Of a stretch of DNA of 64,000 nt, positions 1 through 14,047 are shown piece by piece. Each line of letters starts with the position of its first letter. Position 1 is the first letter of the stretch. The DNA is from Strigamia acuminata (lineage: Eukaryota): positions 21,328,001-21,392,000 of the forward strand of contig OX442314.1 in the NCBI GenBank assembly GCA_949358305.1, in the 5' to 3' direction. A program made the position numbers and the translations under genes. The notes under the pieces were generated by a model. It was not told where the DNA came from. It was given only the letters and a program-made list of their open reading frames with translations, and made no database searches.

Positions 1-870
1 AGCAGGAAAGAAATGCATTTTTTGATTAACTTGTTGATAAAAAAAATCAATTAGTTTGATGGGATATTAGAAAAATAAATAAATGTGTTGCCATTGTGCT
101 ATTGATTTTGAAATAATTCTTAAAAATTTTATTGACGCATTTCGCGCATTAAAAAATAGAGCTTCTACTTTAAATTCAATCTAGGTATAGTGCAACAAAC
201 AGGAAAATCCAAAACTTATTTTGGTGAGAAAAATCTGCCATTTATAAACCAGAGAGCCACTTGCACTCATTCTTTTATTGCTAACCTTTGCCCACCTTTT
301 TCACTACATTTAACCAATATGTGAAATAAGATTTTCAAACGAGTAAAAGAAGAAAAAAATGCAATCCTTTTGGCACGTGGTCAAGCGAGTGCACTAAGCC
401 AATGGGCAATTTTTTTCATTTGTCGTACAATACAGTATGTGCAGTCAAAGCTGAATGAAGCATGTTGCTAAGCAGCAATATGGTGGCTCGAGATGTTTCA
501 TCAGACTCGCAAAACTTCAATCTATAGCCAGCGGATTTGCTGTATCCAGGCACTATTCAGATTCAACGCAGTGGAAAGTCTAGTTAGCGGATGGTGCCCA
601 GGTCAATAGGACTGTATGCTATTATCTGTGCAAGGTTGAAAAAGCTGCTGAATTCAAAAGACTACTGCATCACAAAACCATTAAAGATGCCATATTGGAG
701 TGTTTCTTATGTGGAAATGCATTCGAAAAGTCAGTTTAAAATTGAAGTTAAACATGTTTTGCTGTTTAAATACTGTTTAATTTGAAACATTAGGTTCATT
801 CATAAAGTATTAACTTAAACAGAATTTTAAACAACATATTTAAACTGCTTTTTAAACTGCGTGTCTTGAT

Positions 871-1202
871 CTAACTTCAGAAATGGCGGCCGATTTAGTC
901 TGTTTTTGTCGTCATTTAAACGACAAAACACATTTTTGGACACCTGTTTTTTCCTTTATTGTTGATATTTTAAATAAATATTATTGAATCAGTCTGAAAA
1001 TTTAATCAGACATTACTTGAGTGGTATATTTAATAATCCTAAAAGGAAAATTAAATCAAAATATTAGAAGTTAATTTTTTTCTAATTTTTTGTCATTCCA
1101 CAGACCTTTTGGACGCACCTTAAATGCACGCTAAACATGACTTTATGGACACGCTTGCTGTAACCAAGAGCAGACTAAATCAGCTGTCATTTTTTAAGTT
1201 AG
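871..1202. mobile_element. Degenerate MITE-like element (imperfect ~35-bp inverted repeats)
   Basis: CTAACTTCAGAAATGGCGGCCGATTTAGTCTG at 871 matches the reverse complement of CAGACTAAATCAGCTGTCATTTTTTAAGTTAG ending at 1202, with several mismatches; exact ends and TSD not resolved. Confidence 0.5.
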
Positions 1203-2496
1203 TTCACATTAGATGCAATAAAAAATGAAAAATTTGGCTAGCGCACGAACCAGACTGTTTTACATCAATCACATAGCAAAATCGTGCAAAAAAGCCCACT
1301 AAATCAAGACAACCCTTAGTCAATGGTTGGCTGCCATTATAGCGGGTTATTACTAACACTCGTGCAAAGGGTTTTGTGTTATTTTATTATGTTCCGCCGT
1401 TTCTTTTCTGTCACAAGGTCAAGCAGTTTAAAAAGTCTGAAGTACGTATTATTAGTAACACTTTATATCCATATAATATACTGAATATGTCCTACAAGTC
1501 TTAATCCACTACTCGTCTACTCTCAACATTTTTCGTTACATTTTTGTTTGTCTTTTTTACGAGCTTGAAATGTTTATACTGAAATTAGTTGGCAGAGGTT
1601 TTGCTCCGCTTTGTGAACGCAACATATGTAATGGTGTTCCAGTGGTAACAATAGCCAATTAGCAAGAAGAAAAAGAAAGTAGCTTTTATCAAAATGAGCT
1701 TAAAAGAAACTAAAAGTAAAAATAAAAAGGACAAATGACGGAACAACACAAATTAAAAAGAAAATAAAAAGTCATTCGACACAACTCACAAAACTCAAGG
1801 CTTTGAAAACACAGAAATCCTTGATTACATTCTATTTTTGTATACTAACACAACGTCCAGGTTACGACCTAACAAAGTTTTACACTCGACGCAGTAAAAG
1901 GAGTTTCGATCAAATGACATTCGATTGAGCGATCGAAGCCTCATTTTCAAGCGACCAAAGGTTGTCCGGATTAAAGAAACGGCGCTGGTAATTGCCTAAG
2001 TTTGTTTGAGATAAAAAGTTAGCAAATTAAATCGAACTCTCGAGAAATGTATTCGAGTTATCGAATCGGCTTTACGTGCCTGCAAATACATTTGCTTGTA
2101 AATGCTATCAAATGCTTTTAAGAGATTTATTTATTTAAGTGGCGAGGAGTGGAAAAATCTATTTTGATTAATTCACATACCAGGGCTGGAGTGAAATTGC
2201 TTTAACTTTTCTAGAAATAGGAAATGTCAAACAGATGAAATTTTTTGTTTTTTTTTAAGTCCCTTGTGTGTACTGCAACTGCACTTCAACACTTCTCTTG
2301 TATTTGCTACAGGCAGTTTTAAAGCTGGTGTATTACTATAATAATACATATTTATTGTATTTATTGTAACTATTACATTTTATGATCTGGCATGTTTTTT
2401 TAGGTTTAAATTTAACACGTGTTTAAATATTTGCTGAAATAACAAAACTTTAGATTTGTAAATATTATCAGAGGAGTTCATCTTTGACTGAAGCCA

Positions 2497-2900
2497 CAGT
2501 TTGTGCCGGGTTTCTTGATGCTAAATTTAAACTGCGCGTTTCGTTCTACACACAGGATTCCCGTATATATTTTGCTGTATCAGCTGCATTTAAAAATTAA
2601 AATATTTTGTGTTTTACTTCAATTTTGAAACAAAAATGATGTCCCAATGAATTAATCTGTAACCCCAATGATGTAACCAATGATGTAACCAATGATGTCG
2701 TAAATAAGTAATACAGTTTTATAAAATAGTTAAAATTCTCGCATTCAAAATTTAGACTTAAAATGCACTTAAACTAAAATTGTTAAAGCACAAGCATTTT
2801 TATTTTTGAATGCAGTATTTGAACTGTATTTGAACAATGTTAACTGTCTGCGCAGACCAGGATGCTCAGTTTGAAGTTAGCATCAAGGTAATCACAAATG
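2497..2900. mobile_element. Older MITE copy related to the foldback element at 37448-37762
   Basis: Left end CAGTTTGTGCCGGGTTTCTTGATGCTAAATTTAAACTGCGCG and right end TGTCTGCGCAGACCAGGATGCTCAGTTTGAAGTTAGCATCAAG resemble the termini of the 37.4-kb element; the interior differs and carries a short CCAATGATGTAA tandem repeat (~2665-2698). Confidence 0.65.
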
Positions 2901-5900
2901 TTTATCAAAGGTGACACCAGAAATAGGTTGGTTAATATATCATTAAAATTTTACATGGAAAAATTTTTATTTTTAATTTTCATTAATTTAGGGAACCGTT
3001 AAATAATTAACGAAGATATTTATGGTGGTAATAAAATTGTAGCATGAAAATATCAAGTAAACATCTGCAAAATGTGAATTTTCTTGTCTTTTTTTGTTAG
3101 GAATTTTGTGTGGGGTGGTAAAAAGGATCGAATTAATTTTTAATGGCACACTGACTGAGTTGTGCCCAAGTGAGAAATTTCCCTTTCCTCCCACACACGA
3201 AATAGACAACACGTCATGATTACACACGTCAGAAGAGCCAGATGCGACTAGGACGTCTTTGTTTTTTATAATTGCAAACTGTCATCCAAGTGAAAGATAT
3301 TCACATGTCACATCATTATTCTTTGAAAACAAAATTAACAAGTGGGATGTTTGTTTCTGAGAAAAAATAAGTAATTTTAATTTTTTTTTTGTCGGTTTTG
3401 TTTACATGCACATGTTTTTTTTTAGTGCGCTGGAGGTGCAAAAGTTTTTTAATTACGGTTTGAAATTAGTTTTTGCTTTAATGTCAGGAACATTAATCTT
3501 TTGTGATTTAATCCAGTGTAAGCCTGGTTGATCATAAATCAATCGTTTGTAGGATATTGGACAGGTTTTATAACTCAATCTTTATGCGAAATGTTTAGGG
3601 GAAGGAAGGAAACATTAAACACGGTATAGATAGCAATTTTTATACATAAAGTTTGGCTTCTTCGTTGGGAAACATACGAAATGGAAATTCAATTTTGCTC
3701 GAATTTTTCTTGGTTAGAATTTGAAGGTAATAAGAAGAAAAATTGTGAAATGTTATTTGAATTTTAATGAGCCTGATTTACATGGAAATATCTATAATTT
3801 CTCTTGTGTTGCTTTCTCAGAATTGGTTTTGTATTCCAAATTAAAATCCAAATTTGAGTCTATTTAAGCTTTGTTGCATTACAGTATTACTTAGGATTAT
3901 TGAGCAAACATAAATTTATCTGTATTCGCTAGAAGGACATCGCAATCAATTTATAAAGCAAACATGGTTTGAGGACGTTTTCACAAGTGGAATAAAACTG
4001 ATGATGAGAAATGCAAAGTTTAATTGTTTGGTGTATTGTTCAAAATTGAAATGAAGCCGTTTTCGACGAACACTCGTAACCTTGGCCATAAAAATATTCG
4101 ATATTGCGGTTTAAATTGGCGGTATACAAAGTGTCATGACAACAATATTGAATTGGGCGGTTTGACGCTGATAAATAGACGACTTGTTTGAAACAAGCCA
4201 AGCGGTAAATAATCAATTTTGTACTTGATTGACAGGAATTGAGAAATATTAATGAAAAAGTAATTTATTTTTATTATTTTTATTTAAAAAAAAAATTGAG
4301 AATAATTATTTAACTTGAAAATATTAATTGTTTTCTAATTACTTTTTTTTTTAATTGTCCAATGAACGAATAGACTAAATTTGTATCTCTAAAACTTCGC
4401 CATTCGTTTTTATTGATTTTTCACCAAAGTACCTACAGTATGTAGCACGGCACTCAAGTGTAGCATCTTGATGATAACAAAGCATAGAAAATGATTTGTT
4501 TTGATTTCTAAGGAAGTAATTAATACTCAACTTGAGTTGAAAAAAAATTGTTTATTTTTAGAGTGCGTACGTATTTTATTATAAAAAAATATTACGTATA
4601 TAGAAATATGAATTTAATTAATGGTTCTTTGGAAAATATTATGATTGAAAATATATGAGTGAGATTTAATTAAAAAGTCATTTTAACATGACAATTGTCA
4701 AAGATGAATTCAAAATTTTTTTTCGCGTACTAAAGTGCGCACAAGGTAAAATAAATCGATAAAAAGGAAAACTCTCCCGCATATCAGATGAAAAGTGAAG
4801 CAAAGGACGCACGAGAAAACATGATGATTTAATTTCATACACTTCTATATCTTCGACTTGAAAATATATTCAAAACAAGGGAAACATTTCTGTGCTTAAC
4901 GTTTCAAATTTCTTTCAAATATATAAAAATAAAAAATATTAAACGAAAAAATAGAAGAAAAAAAAGTATATAATGTACAATCTACATGCAAATGTAATTG
5001 AAAGTGGTCATCTACCTCACCTTGCAAAAAGTTACCATGGAAACAATGGTTAAGATGCAGAAATATGAACGGAAATGAGATTTTCCAGTTTATTTTTATA
5101 TTAATATTCATTAGAAAAATATATTTTTTTAAATTGAATATATTAAATTTAAAAAATATATATATAATAATAAAAACTCACCGGGGTGGAAATAAACTCC
5201 CACGTGATATGCGTTCCACTACGGTTATTTGATGCCTGGAAAAATTCGTTGATCAGGTTTAATTAACGTTTTAGCTACCTGTTAAATATTGCACACGCCG
5301 ACATTACCCTTTGGTTAAGTGTTCTCTTTTTTTTCTCTGTCTCTATGGGTTTTAAAGTTAAGAGCTTTGAATTAAATTAACTACAATGGTTTCAAGTTAA
5401 AACTTTTTTAAAAACCAGCACCGGCAACGGATGTTGACTACTTGATTCTCGCGTTGGGAAGTCGAATTTTCTCAATTGGAACTAATCTTTGGCACGTTAA
5501 AAGCAAACAACGTTGTTTTTCACTGGAAATTAGCGAGGATAAAGCTTTATTTTTTTTATTTTATCGTATCTCGATTGGTAGGAAAATATTTTTGCACATT
5601 TAATTGAACCTGCATACCGGAGTGACTGATATTTCTAGGTCAAGTGCAAACCAGTAGGGCATGCATAATAGATCATAACGGAATTTAATTTCACGCACGC
5701 AACCGTTTCCCTTTCGGAAAAAAAAATTAATTTTCGTGATCGAATCTCATTTAACCTTTTCTTTCTTCTCAATTCATAAATGCCAAATGTCAGATAAAAA
5801 GATCATTAAGAAATGAAAGCGCTTGATTAAACAGTTTCATTTTTCCCACCTCAAACTATCACACCTTGACATTTAAATCTCTCGTTTTCTTTTACCCAAA

Positions 5901-6251
5901 TATTCACGAAATTGACGCGGAAAAAATCTCAATTGAAAACTCTGTGACATTTAAAAGCAATTATAAATCGATATCTTATTTCCCAAGCTATCTCAATCAA
6001 TTTTACACGGCAACAAAGTGCGCAGAACATGAGTAAGTGATGCTCTTAAACGTGCATTAAATTGTCGGATGACACGTCAAACACGAGCATCCAACAGGTC
6101 AAACCCATCGGGCAAGGAGCCAACATCGGGCCCGGTGCAGGGGAGGGCTCAGTGTGTACTGCTTCATTTGGCAGCCAACCAGAATTGACCAAATGTGAGA
6201 ACACTTAATTCGAGCGGTAATCGTAGTCCCTATCTCATCGAATCTACTCAC

Positions 6252-6441
6252 CATCTTCTAATCCGGTTGATAAGAAAAGCGTGGCAAATAAAAATAACCA
6301 AACTACAGGTCTAAAGTCCTGCGATGTGACCGCGCCGAATCTGCCAACAGCATCGACTGCTTTGCCGGTAACGTCACAGTTGACGTCACGCAACAACCAA
6401 TCGATCGGCACAACCCTAAATTATTGAGTTTTGGCGCCAAA
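6252..6441 (-). promoter_or_regulatory. Candidate promoter and first exon of a minus-strand gene
   Basis: GC-richer island with a perfect CRE TGACGTCA (6381-6388), CCAAT (6397-6401) and a palindromic E2F-like TTTGGCGCCAAA (6430-6441); on the minus strand it ends AAGATG|GTGAGTAG (ATG 6254-6252 followed directly by a consensus donor). Confidence 0.4.
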
Positions 6442-7673
6442 GGTAGGCATGTGTCAGTTTGGGGAAAAATTTAAGAAAAGGTATCCGGATAAATTATTGA
6501 CGAAAATGGTAAAATAAACATGGCTGTAAGAGGTTTGACAGTCATAATCGATAATGGAAGCTACTGGAGGGAGCTAGTTATAAAATTATTCATTTGGAGC
6601 GCTGTTTTCGTGACGTAATTGGTCGTTGCTTAGCAACAGGATGCTGAGAAATAAGGCGGTTGGTTCACACAAGAAGAAATTTTTTTTTGTTTTTGGGATT
6701 GTCTACAGAAATTAAATTTTAGAAGGTAATCGATTGATGGAGCATTAAATATTGCATGTTGGTGGTGGATTTGCTTTTTAATTAGGTAAAGTCAATGAAA
6801 TGTGCAATCACGTGGTAGTTTAACTGCAATAGTGAAGTCACGACTCGTAAGCAGTTTATTGATCATAAAAATGTGTATCATTGGGAAATTAAGTTGATAA
6901 AGCAGGAAAACAATGACAGCGGTTGCTAATAACAATTTAGACAGCAGAATAATGATGGTAATTTATTTGTTTATTTATTTAAGAATAAAACAAAAGATAA
7001 TCTCAGGATTAATCATGCAACGCTGCTTTTCGGAAGTTTGTCAGAATATTTATTCTTTGCAATGCTCTGTCAGTTGTTAGAATTAATAAGAAAATTTTCT
7101 TAAATTGATTGTCACAAAAAATATGGGACAGAAAGATAGAGATAATTTTTCATCTTTTAATTTAGTTGTTGACAATTTGTCGTAATTTTTTTAGCATCAC
7201 AGCTTAGTGGTCTAAAAAGGCTTAGAGAAAAAGCGGAGTGTAATGCGCTGTGGTTGGCACAGGTGTTGTTAAAAATGATCAGTTGGAGATAGGTGGCAAA
7301 TGTTGTTGCCATGTCTTGACAAGGGTGAGATGAGAATCAATTGGAAACCTCAGTATGTCACCCATCCATCCAATTCCTGATAAGGCTCAAGGCTGCTTAA
7401 CTTGTGTTCTTAGGGGAACAGGTGACCAGCAGCAAGGTGAGCCGTTCTTATCGATTACATATACAGACAGACTTAGTCAGTGAGCTAAGGGACCCTGGAG
7501 GCTTGGAAAAAATCTCGGAAGTGCGAATTCTGCAACTGTGAAGTGTGTCACAGTCAGGGGACCACAAAATGAAGATTACAATAATACTCGCTGAGAGAGA
7601 GAGAGAGCCCTAAACTAAGGTAATCATTCTCAAGTATAAATATCTAGAGATTTGGTTGAATGTATTATCATTA

Positions 7674-8149
7674 GGTGAGTTCAAAGTTTCGGTTTATATC
7701 GTTTACCGGTATGTGGTTTATAAAAACGGCCAAAATAGTACGCAAAAACGTGCCTAAACCGTGAATGTGTTCGTTTTTAGGCCCGTTTGTTGTAGCGTTT
7801 TAGCGGCGCGATCGCGCGAGTACGTGGTGCATAAAAATTCCGTTTCTTTCATTTAACCAACGAATTGTTGGTTGTGGTCCCTTACGTTAAACACAATTTA
7901 GCATTTACTCATATTTTGGCAGGTGGAGGCTTCACCTGAAAGTGTTTATGACACTTGAAAGTCTGATCCGTCGGTCTAATTGAGGCAGCCATTTTGAATT
8001 TGGTTGTAAAAACCAAATTTTGGCATAAACCGATTCATAAACCACTCCAGTCGTCGTTTTTGTTTTTGCGGTTTTTGGTGATGGTTGTTGGCTGTTTTTG
8101 GTGCCATTCCGTTTATGTAAACCATAAAAATCGAAACTTTGAACGCGCC
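7674..8149. mobile_element. MITE, probably PIF/Harbinger (Tourist-like)
   Basis: TIRs GGTGAGTTCAAAGTTTCG ... CGAAACTTTGAACGCGCC flanked by TTA/TAT; a diverged inverted copy lies at 53405-53862. Confidence 0.75.
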
Positions 8150-11100
8150 TATTGATCTGAAGATTTTGTTTAATGTTTAATGTATCATCATTGATCTGTA
8201 GCGTTTTGAATGATTACAGCGAAATAATAAATCAAGAGATTTTGAGGTCTCAATAACCACTTTTATTGCTATGAAATCGTGCTGAATAGAGTCCTTGTGA
8301 ATGTCGTTTTTGGTCCATTACGGCTTTGGCATTGAGGGGTCAAAGTGAGTGGTAAAAAGTTGTGAAAGTGGCCAATGCCGTTATAAATCATTGCTGACAA
8401 GACTCCTTAATCCTAATTCTTATGCCTCCTGTATGTGGAGCTATTTCCCACCTCATAAAGACGTGACGTTGGCCGTAAAACAAGAATGGCAAACTGTCAT
8501 CTTCCATCAACTTTAGAGCCTTCATTAACATTCTTTTCGCACCAATCAAATAGGTTCTTAAACTGATGGATTCCGTGTCATAAAACTCCCGCATGTTACA
8601 TGCACACCACCTCGTGGCAAGGTACATAAAACTCTAGTAGAGGGCACAGCTTTAAGTATTCAAATGGGGATGAATGGGGTGGATGTAGGAGGAGGACGCA
8701 GGACGGATATTAAATGGATCGCATGGGATTAACAGAGTAAGGAGTGACTCAATTTAATTTTTGAGAAGGAAAAATACCAAAGGGCAAAACTTGATTGTTA
8801 AAAAAATATTTTAATAGCAGTTTGGAGGTTTTAGTTGAAAATTTAGCAACTTATCCCGTGTAGTTGGGATTAGCTTATTTATTCACCAGCTGGGTTCATT
8901 AAGTACGATATTTACACATGCACGACCTGGTACACAGGTTTTAAAAGAGGTGGAAAGGGTTGAACATTTTAAATGAGCTAGGTGTAAATTTTTTATTTTA
9001 ACTAATTGCGGAGTGTAAAAAAAATTTAAACAAATACGGACTAATTGAAATTGATTTATAAAAAGTGTCTTAAATTAGAAATTTGTGCAAAAGTTGTATA
9101 ATATTCAAGAAAAAATTCGATTTAAACTATCGTGGGAGTGTTAAATTGAAGGAAAGTGACGAGTGAGGAGAAATTGTTTAGTTTTGTAATCTCTTTTTTG
9201 TTGTTCTCGGTTCTTTGCTTTTCTGTTTAGTTGTTATTGTTTGTGGGATGATATTTATATATAGACACTTTATTGTTCTGGGTAAACAGGTGGAATGAAA
9301 GTTGTTTTGAAAAATAAATAGGATTTTTGCAAGTAATAACAAAAAGCTTACTATTCGCGGATTAAAACTTGAAGCAATGTTGCAGTTTGTCGCATTTTTT
9401 ATTCATTGTTTCTTTCAAGGCAGCATTAATTTTTTTGTAAACAAATGAATAATTTCGTGCGCTTGCTGCTAACCCGTTCCTACATTCGTGTAAAAATGAA
9501 AAGTTTGTGATTTGTAAATAATTGAGTTAGAATTCGTGACGTTTCATTCCTCCACATTTTCTGCCCGTTCCACCAATTTGAAAATGGGTTGCTATAGAAA
9601 CAAATCATGAAACTGCACCCGAGTGACAAGATAAAATACATCCTGGTGAGAAGAAGACGAAACAAAAAAATATCAACAAATAAATCTTAAAGCTGCTGTT
9701 AGACACTGGGTTCCATTAGATTTTAAATAATTGAGTATTTGTTTGTTTTCTGTATTAGGAATTGCTTTTTGTTGGCTCTTGATTTTTCCATTAACAGTCT
9801 CTGAATGAAGTTTGTTTTTCGAATCTTTTTTTTTTTAATTTATTGTATGTTATTTTATTTTTATCAATTTATGTTTGTGTTATGACACTGAAAATTGCGT
9901 GACTGGTCTTCATATACATACAAATAAAAAACTAACAATTTTCCACTTCGTACAAAAATCAATACAAAAAGGATAGAATAATATCCTTTTATTGTCACTG
10001 GCTGAACTATTATTCCGTAGACACACTTTAAAAAAAAATAAGGATTTTTTGGTTATTTATTTAAATGTGTAGTGTTTTTTTTTATGGAATTGTATATGGT
10101 TCGTGTAAAGAAAATTGAAATTTTTGAATTGAGATGAGTTTTCAAATACAATACGAAAAGAAAAAGATTATTTTGCATTCACATTTGCCAACTCATTTAC
10201 CAGTCTTAAGGGATCAAATCACGTTGATAAAAATGAATTTCTCCAAACAACAACAAAAAATACGCATTGTTAATTAGCTTAAATGCAATTTTACGTGAAA
10301 AATTCCGAACTTACGTCATTAAAAATGATCAAATTATAATTAAAGTTAAAAACATGAACAAAATTAACTTAAAAAAAAATATTTCTATATTAAAAATATA
10401 TTGACGGAATATTCGACCGAAAAAATATATTCTTTGCATAATAAATTTCATTTCCTTTGCTGAAGTTTTATTATGCAAGTCAATCGATACGCTAAAGTAT
10501 ATAAACATATACGACTAGTAGTAATAACAACAACAAGCGCTTAACCTCTACATAACTCCCAGTTCAGCGTATTAGTCGTAAATTCAACGTTTATCTCCCA
10601 TACCGAGTTCAATTTCTTCCCATCCATTCACTTCCCAATCCAATTCTCAGCGTCAGACAAATCAATAGTTTTCGATCCGTTCTTCCTCAACACCGCCCTA
10701 CCCCTTTCACATTCCCACACCTGTTGCCAAGAGCAACAACACCTTTTTTTTGCGTACTCCGAGCCTGCTCCACTCTTTTGAAAATACTTTATAAAATCAG
10801 TTAGGCGGCGTACGTACCAGCACGTGGTAAATCTTCTCCAACAACTTCTCCTGGCTGTCCAAACTTTGGTCGTGGGTAGATCCACACGTTGTGGTCACCT
10901 CCATTCCAACGCCACTCATTTGATGTCAAGTGGACCGTGGCCATTTCAAACGAAGCTTTGATGCCTTGCACGACCGCGCTCTCGATATCAACAGCTGTTC
11001 ATCCGAATCAAGAGGAGGCAGGTTGTGCATGTAGATGGAGGTGAGCAACATGAATTCCGACTCCTGGCTCCCCTCGAATTAATTTTCTTCCCACTTTGTT

Positions 11101-13381
11101 GACGGATTCACCAATAGTCCTCTGTGTCGGCCATCCTTCAATCCCACAATCCCACACGTTTCTCTCTCAAGGCCCCTTGCAGTCCATCAGTAGGCGCCCG
11201 TCATGTGCAGAAACTAGCAGCAAAAGCACCGCCACGGCCGCATTCACTGCAAGACGGGGGAGTTGGGCAGGGAAGCCCAAGAGGTAAAACTGGGGCAGCT
11301 GAGCTGTAGTGTGCGCCGGTTTGCATAAAGGAGAGGAATTATGGGAATACATACGTCATTTGTCAATTCGAGGTTTACAATTCGATTTGTAAATGTTACT
11401 GTCACCGTTTTGATCGATCATCGACGGCATTAAATTATTTGCTTTATTTTAGCCGTTGGTTCTTTATGTATTATATTTAATGAATTTTTAATGAGATATG
11501 TGCAGTTTGGTTTGCAATTGATTTAAGTGCTTTTCGTGACTTTCGGTTGAATATATATACGGTAGTTTCCTTTTGCAAATATTATTTTTTTTTATGGTTT
11601 TTTTATTTGTCTTATGTCTATAATAATAAATATACAGGGTGGTATGAGAATTATAATTTTTACTTCGAATGGTAATTAACCATTAAAGTGAAAATTAACC
11701 TGTATTTTGGTTGGCGGTTTTTTTTTGTATTTTATTCAATAATTGATTTTTTTTAATGGAAAATTAAGGACTGTACAGGGATAATAATCCCTAAATAATT
11801 TATTTTTTGTTTTTTATTAAGGCATCAGGCTTTTGTAACTGACAGGGACTGCTGGGTTGTTCTAGTGACAACACATTGAACTAAAACCGTACGGAAAAAT
11901 GGAAAATCGATAACACTATGTGCAGTTGTAATATTTCTCGTGATATTTTTAGCTCTGTCTGCGTTAGTTCAACATTTTTTTTCATATAAAAATTAATTTT
12001 TAAATGAATTTAAAGCTGAAAGAAAAGAGTAAAAAAAAAAAGTCTTAATAAATTTCGTCTCGCACCAGTTAGGGTTAAGCACCTCAGATGTCCGAATAAA
12101 TATATTATACTAATTCTCTTTGAATTTATTACTATGCAATGGTAAGTGGTAACTATGGACCAGTTTATTTTATTTGCGCAATAAAATTCTCTACCTTTGT
12201 GATTGTTGGTGAGGGTGTCTGGGAAGGACAACTAAAATTGATTTCACCTGTGGGTCGGGCTTGAATTAATCGATTTAAATGTTTATAAAAAGTGGTAAAT
12301 TGCACGTTTCATTGTGAGAAATTTCATTTTTCAATCAAGTCCTCATTGACTGACATTATTAATAAAGTATATATGATATGACCTGTCGTTTTGAGTTCTG
12401 TATGATCAAATAATAATAATAGATTACCACGTGGGTGTGTACGAGTGCACATTGGATACACAATTAGATGTTTTATGACTTACTTGTTAGTTTGATTAAA
12501 CGTTTACCTATTTGTATTTTTATTTTTTACTGCATAAAAGATTCCTCCCAATGAAGATTAAAATCTGACAGCGGTACAAGCGTGCATTATACAGATATTG
12601 AGGTTTTGATTTTTGATTAATTGTCATGTGGAACCTGGGACCTAGGATTTAAGGATTTAACTTCTTGTTCAATATCCCAAAGAGGGCACACCGATGCTCC
12701 GATTGGCCGAGAGGGGTGCATTGCATTGCGGGAGCTTAATTCTCCCATGTGTAAAACAAACATGGCTGAATTTTAGTAAAATGAGTAGAATTTATTGATT
12801 AATTTATTTACGAATATTTATTTATTTTTTCTTTTAGTATTTATTTTTTTTTAATTGTTATTTTAATTGTTTTTATAATTATAAATTAATAGCAGATGTG
12901 GTATAGCACGTGTCTTGTTGTCATTTGCATCATAGAAGCAAATTTTTTCCTTTATAGAAAAAAATCTTCAATGATGCATTGCTTTTGAGCTAACAGTCAG
13001 TTTCACGGTGTTTACAGTTCTTCCATCCGGGGTCCTAGGTGAAACAAATCTTGGAAAGTGCAGCATCGAGTGATGGAGAATTTTTCTTGATAGACGGCAG
13101 AATTTCTGAATCTGTTTAACTGTGCGGAGGATTGAAAAAATCACTGGTATTTTTTTTTTAATTCACACACATCTTTAGTGATTTAAGCAGACTTTGAAAG
13201 GATGTTTTCAAAGGAGATTGACAACTATTAAATCAAGCGCGAGATAAGTGCTATAATTTATCTTATATAATGTGTAAATGTTTAACTTTATTTTTCTTGT
13301 TTTTGATAATTTTTAAGTTGTTTCTATAGATTTTAATTTTTGAGTAGCAGTGAAAAATTTAATCGAAAAACATTAATTTAA

Positions 13382-14047
13382 AGGTCATATAGGAATAGAA
13401 ATAAATAATTTCTCTGTTCGCTTAGAAATAACCTTAAAAAAGGTTATAGGATAATTTTTTCTGCAAAACTTAAGCAATTATAAAGTATTTTAGTCGAAAC
13501 TTGTTGTCACTGTCAAATGAGTTAACGCAAGATGAATTTGAAAAATGGAACCATTTTGTGTAATGCATTCTGGAATTTCACGTCATTGATTGCATGATTT
13601 GTAAACACCGAGGTAAACACACGCCATGCGTACATTGTTTCTCAATAAAACTGTTACCGGCACATTTCACTCATTTGTTATCATGGAGTATTGTGCAGCT
13701 GTGGAATGCTAAAAATGATCAAAAGTATCAAAAACATCTATTTTTGGAGCTAAAGATATTGATTTAACGTCAACTTTGTATCTAAAAACATATACGGAAC
13801 CACAGATGTAGTTAAAACATGCAAATCAACATCTCTTTCGTCACTATCACATGAAAACATGCTTAAATTTGCGAATCGGTGCTTGAATACGAGTTCTTGT
13901 TTGTCAACGATGACGTATAAATAATGCCACCTAGTGACAATGCTTTTAATAATACCCTGCAAGTTTGACAGAAAAAAAAACATATAATCTTTTTAAAGGT
14001 TATTTCAAAGAGATTAGAGAAATTTTTTATTTCTCTTCCTATGACCT
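13382..14047. mobile_element. Non-autonomous DNA transposon with TTAA target duplication (Kolobok-like)
   Basis: TTAA|AGGTCATATAGGAATAGAAATAAA ... TTTATTTCTCTTCCTATGACCT|TTAA; imperfect TIRs of about 90 bp; AG...CT termini plus TTAA TSD fit Kolobok better than piggyBac (CC...GG). Confidence 0.75.

Noticed and set aside
1825..1944. Minus-strand 39-aa ORF with FYCVECKTLLG (yippee-like CxxC)
   Set aside because: Single short motif with no second zinc-binding pair or supported splice partner; likely chance.
11633..11705. TACAGGGTG ... ACCTGTA Tc1-like termini
   Set aside because: Match is too short to separate from chance.
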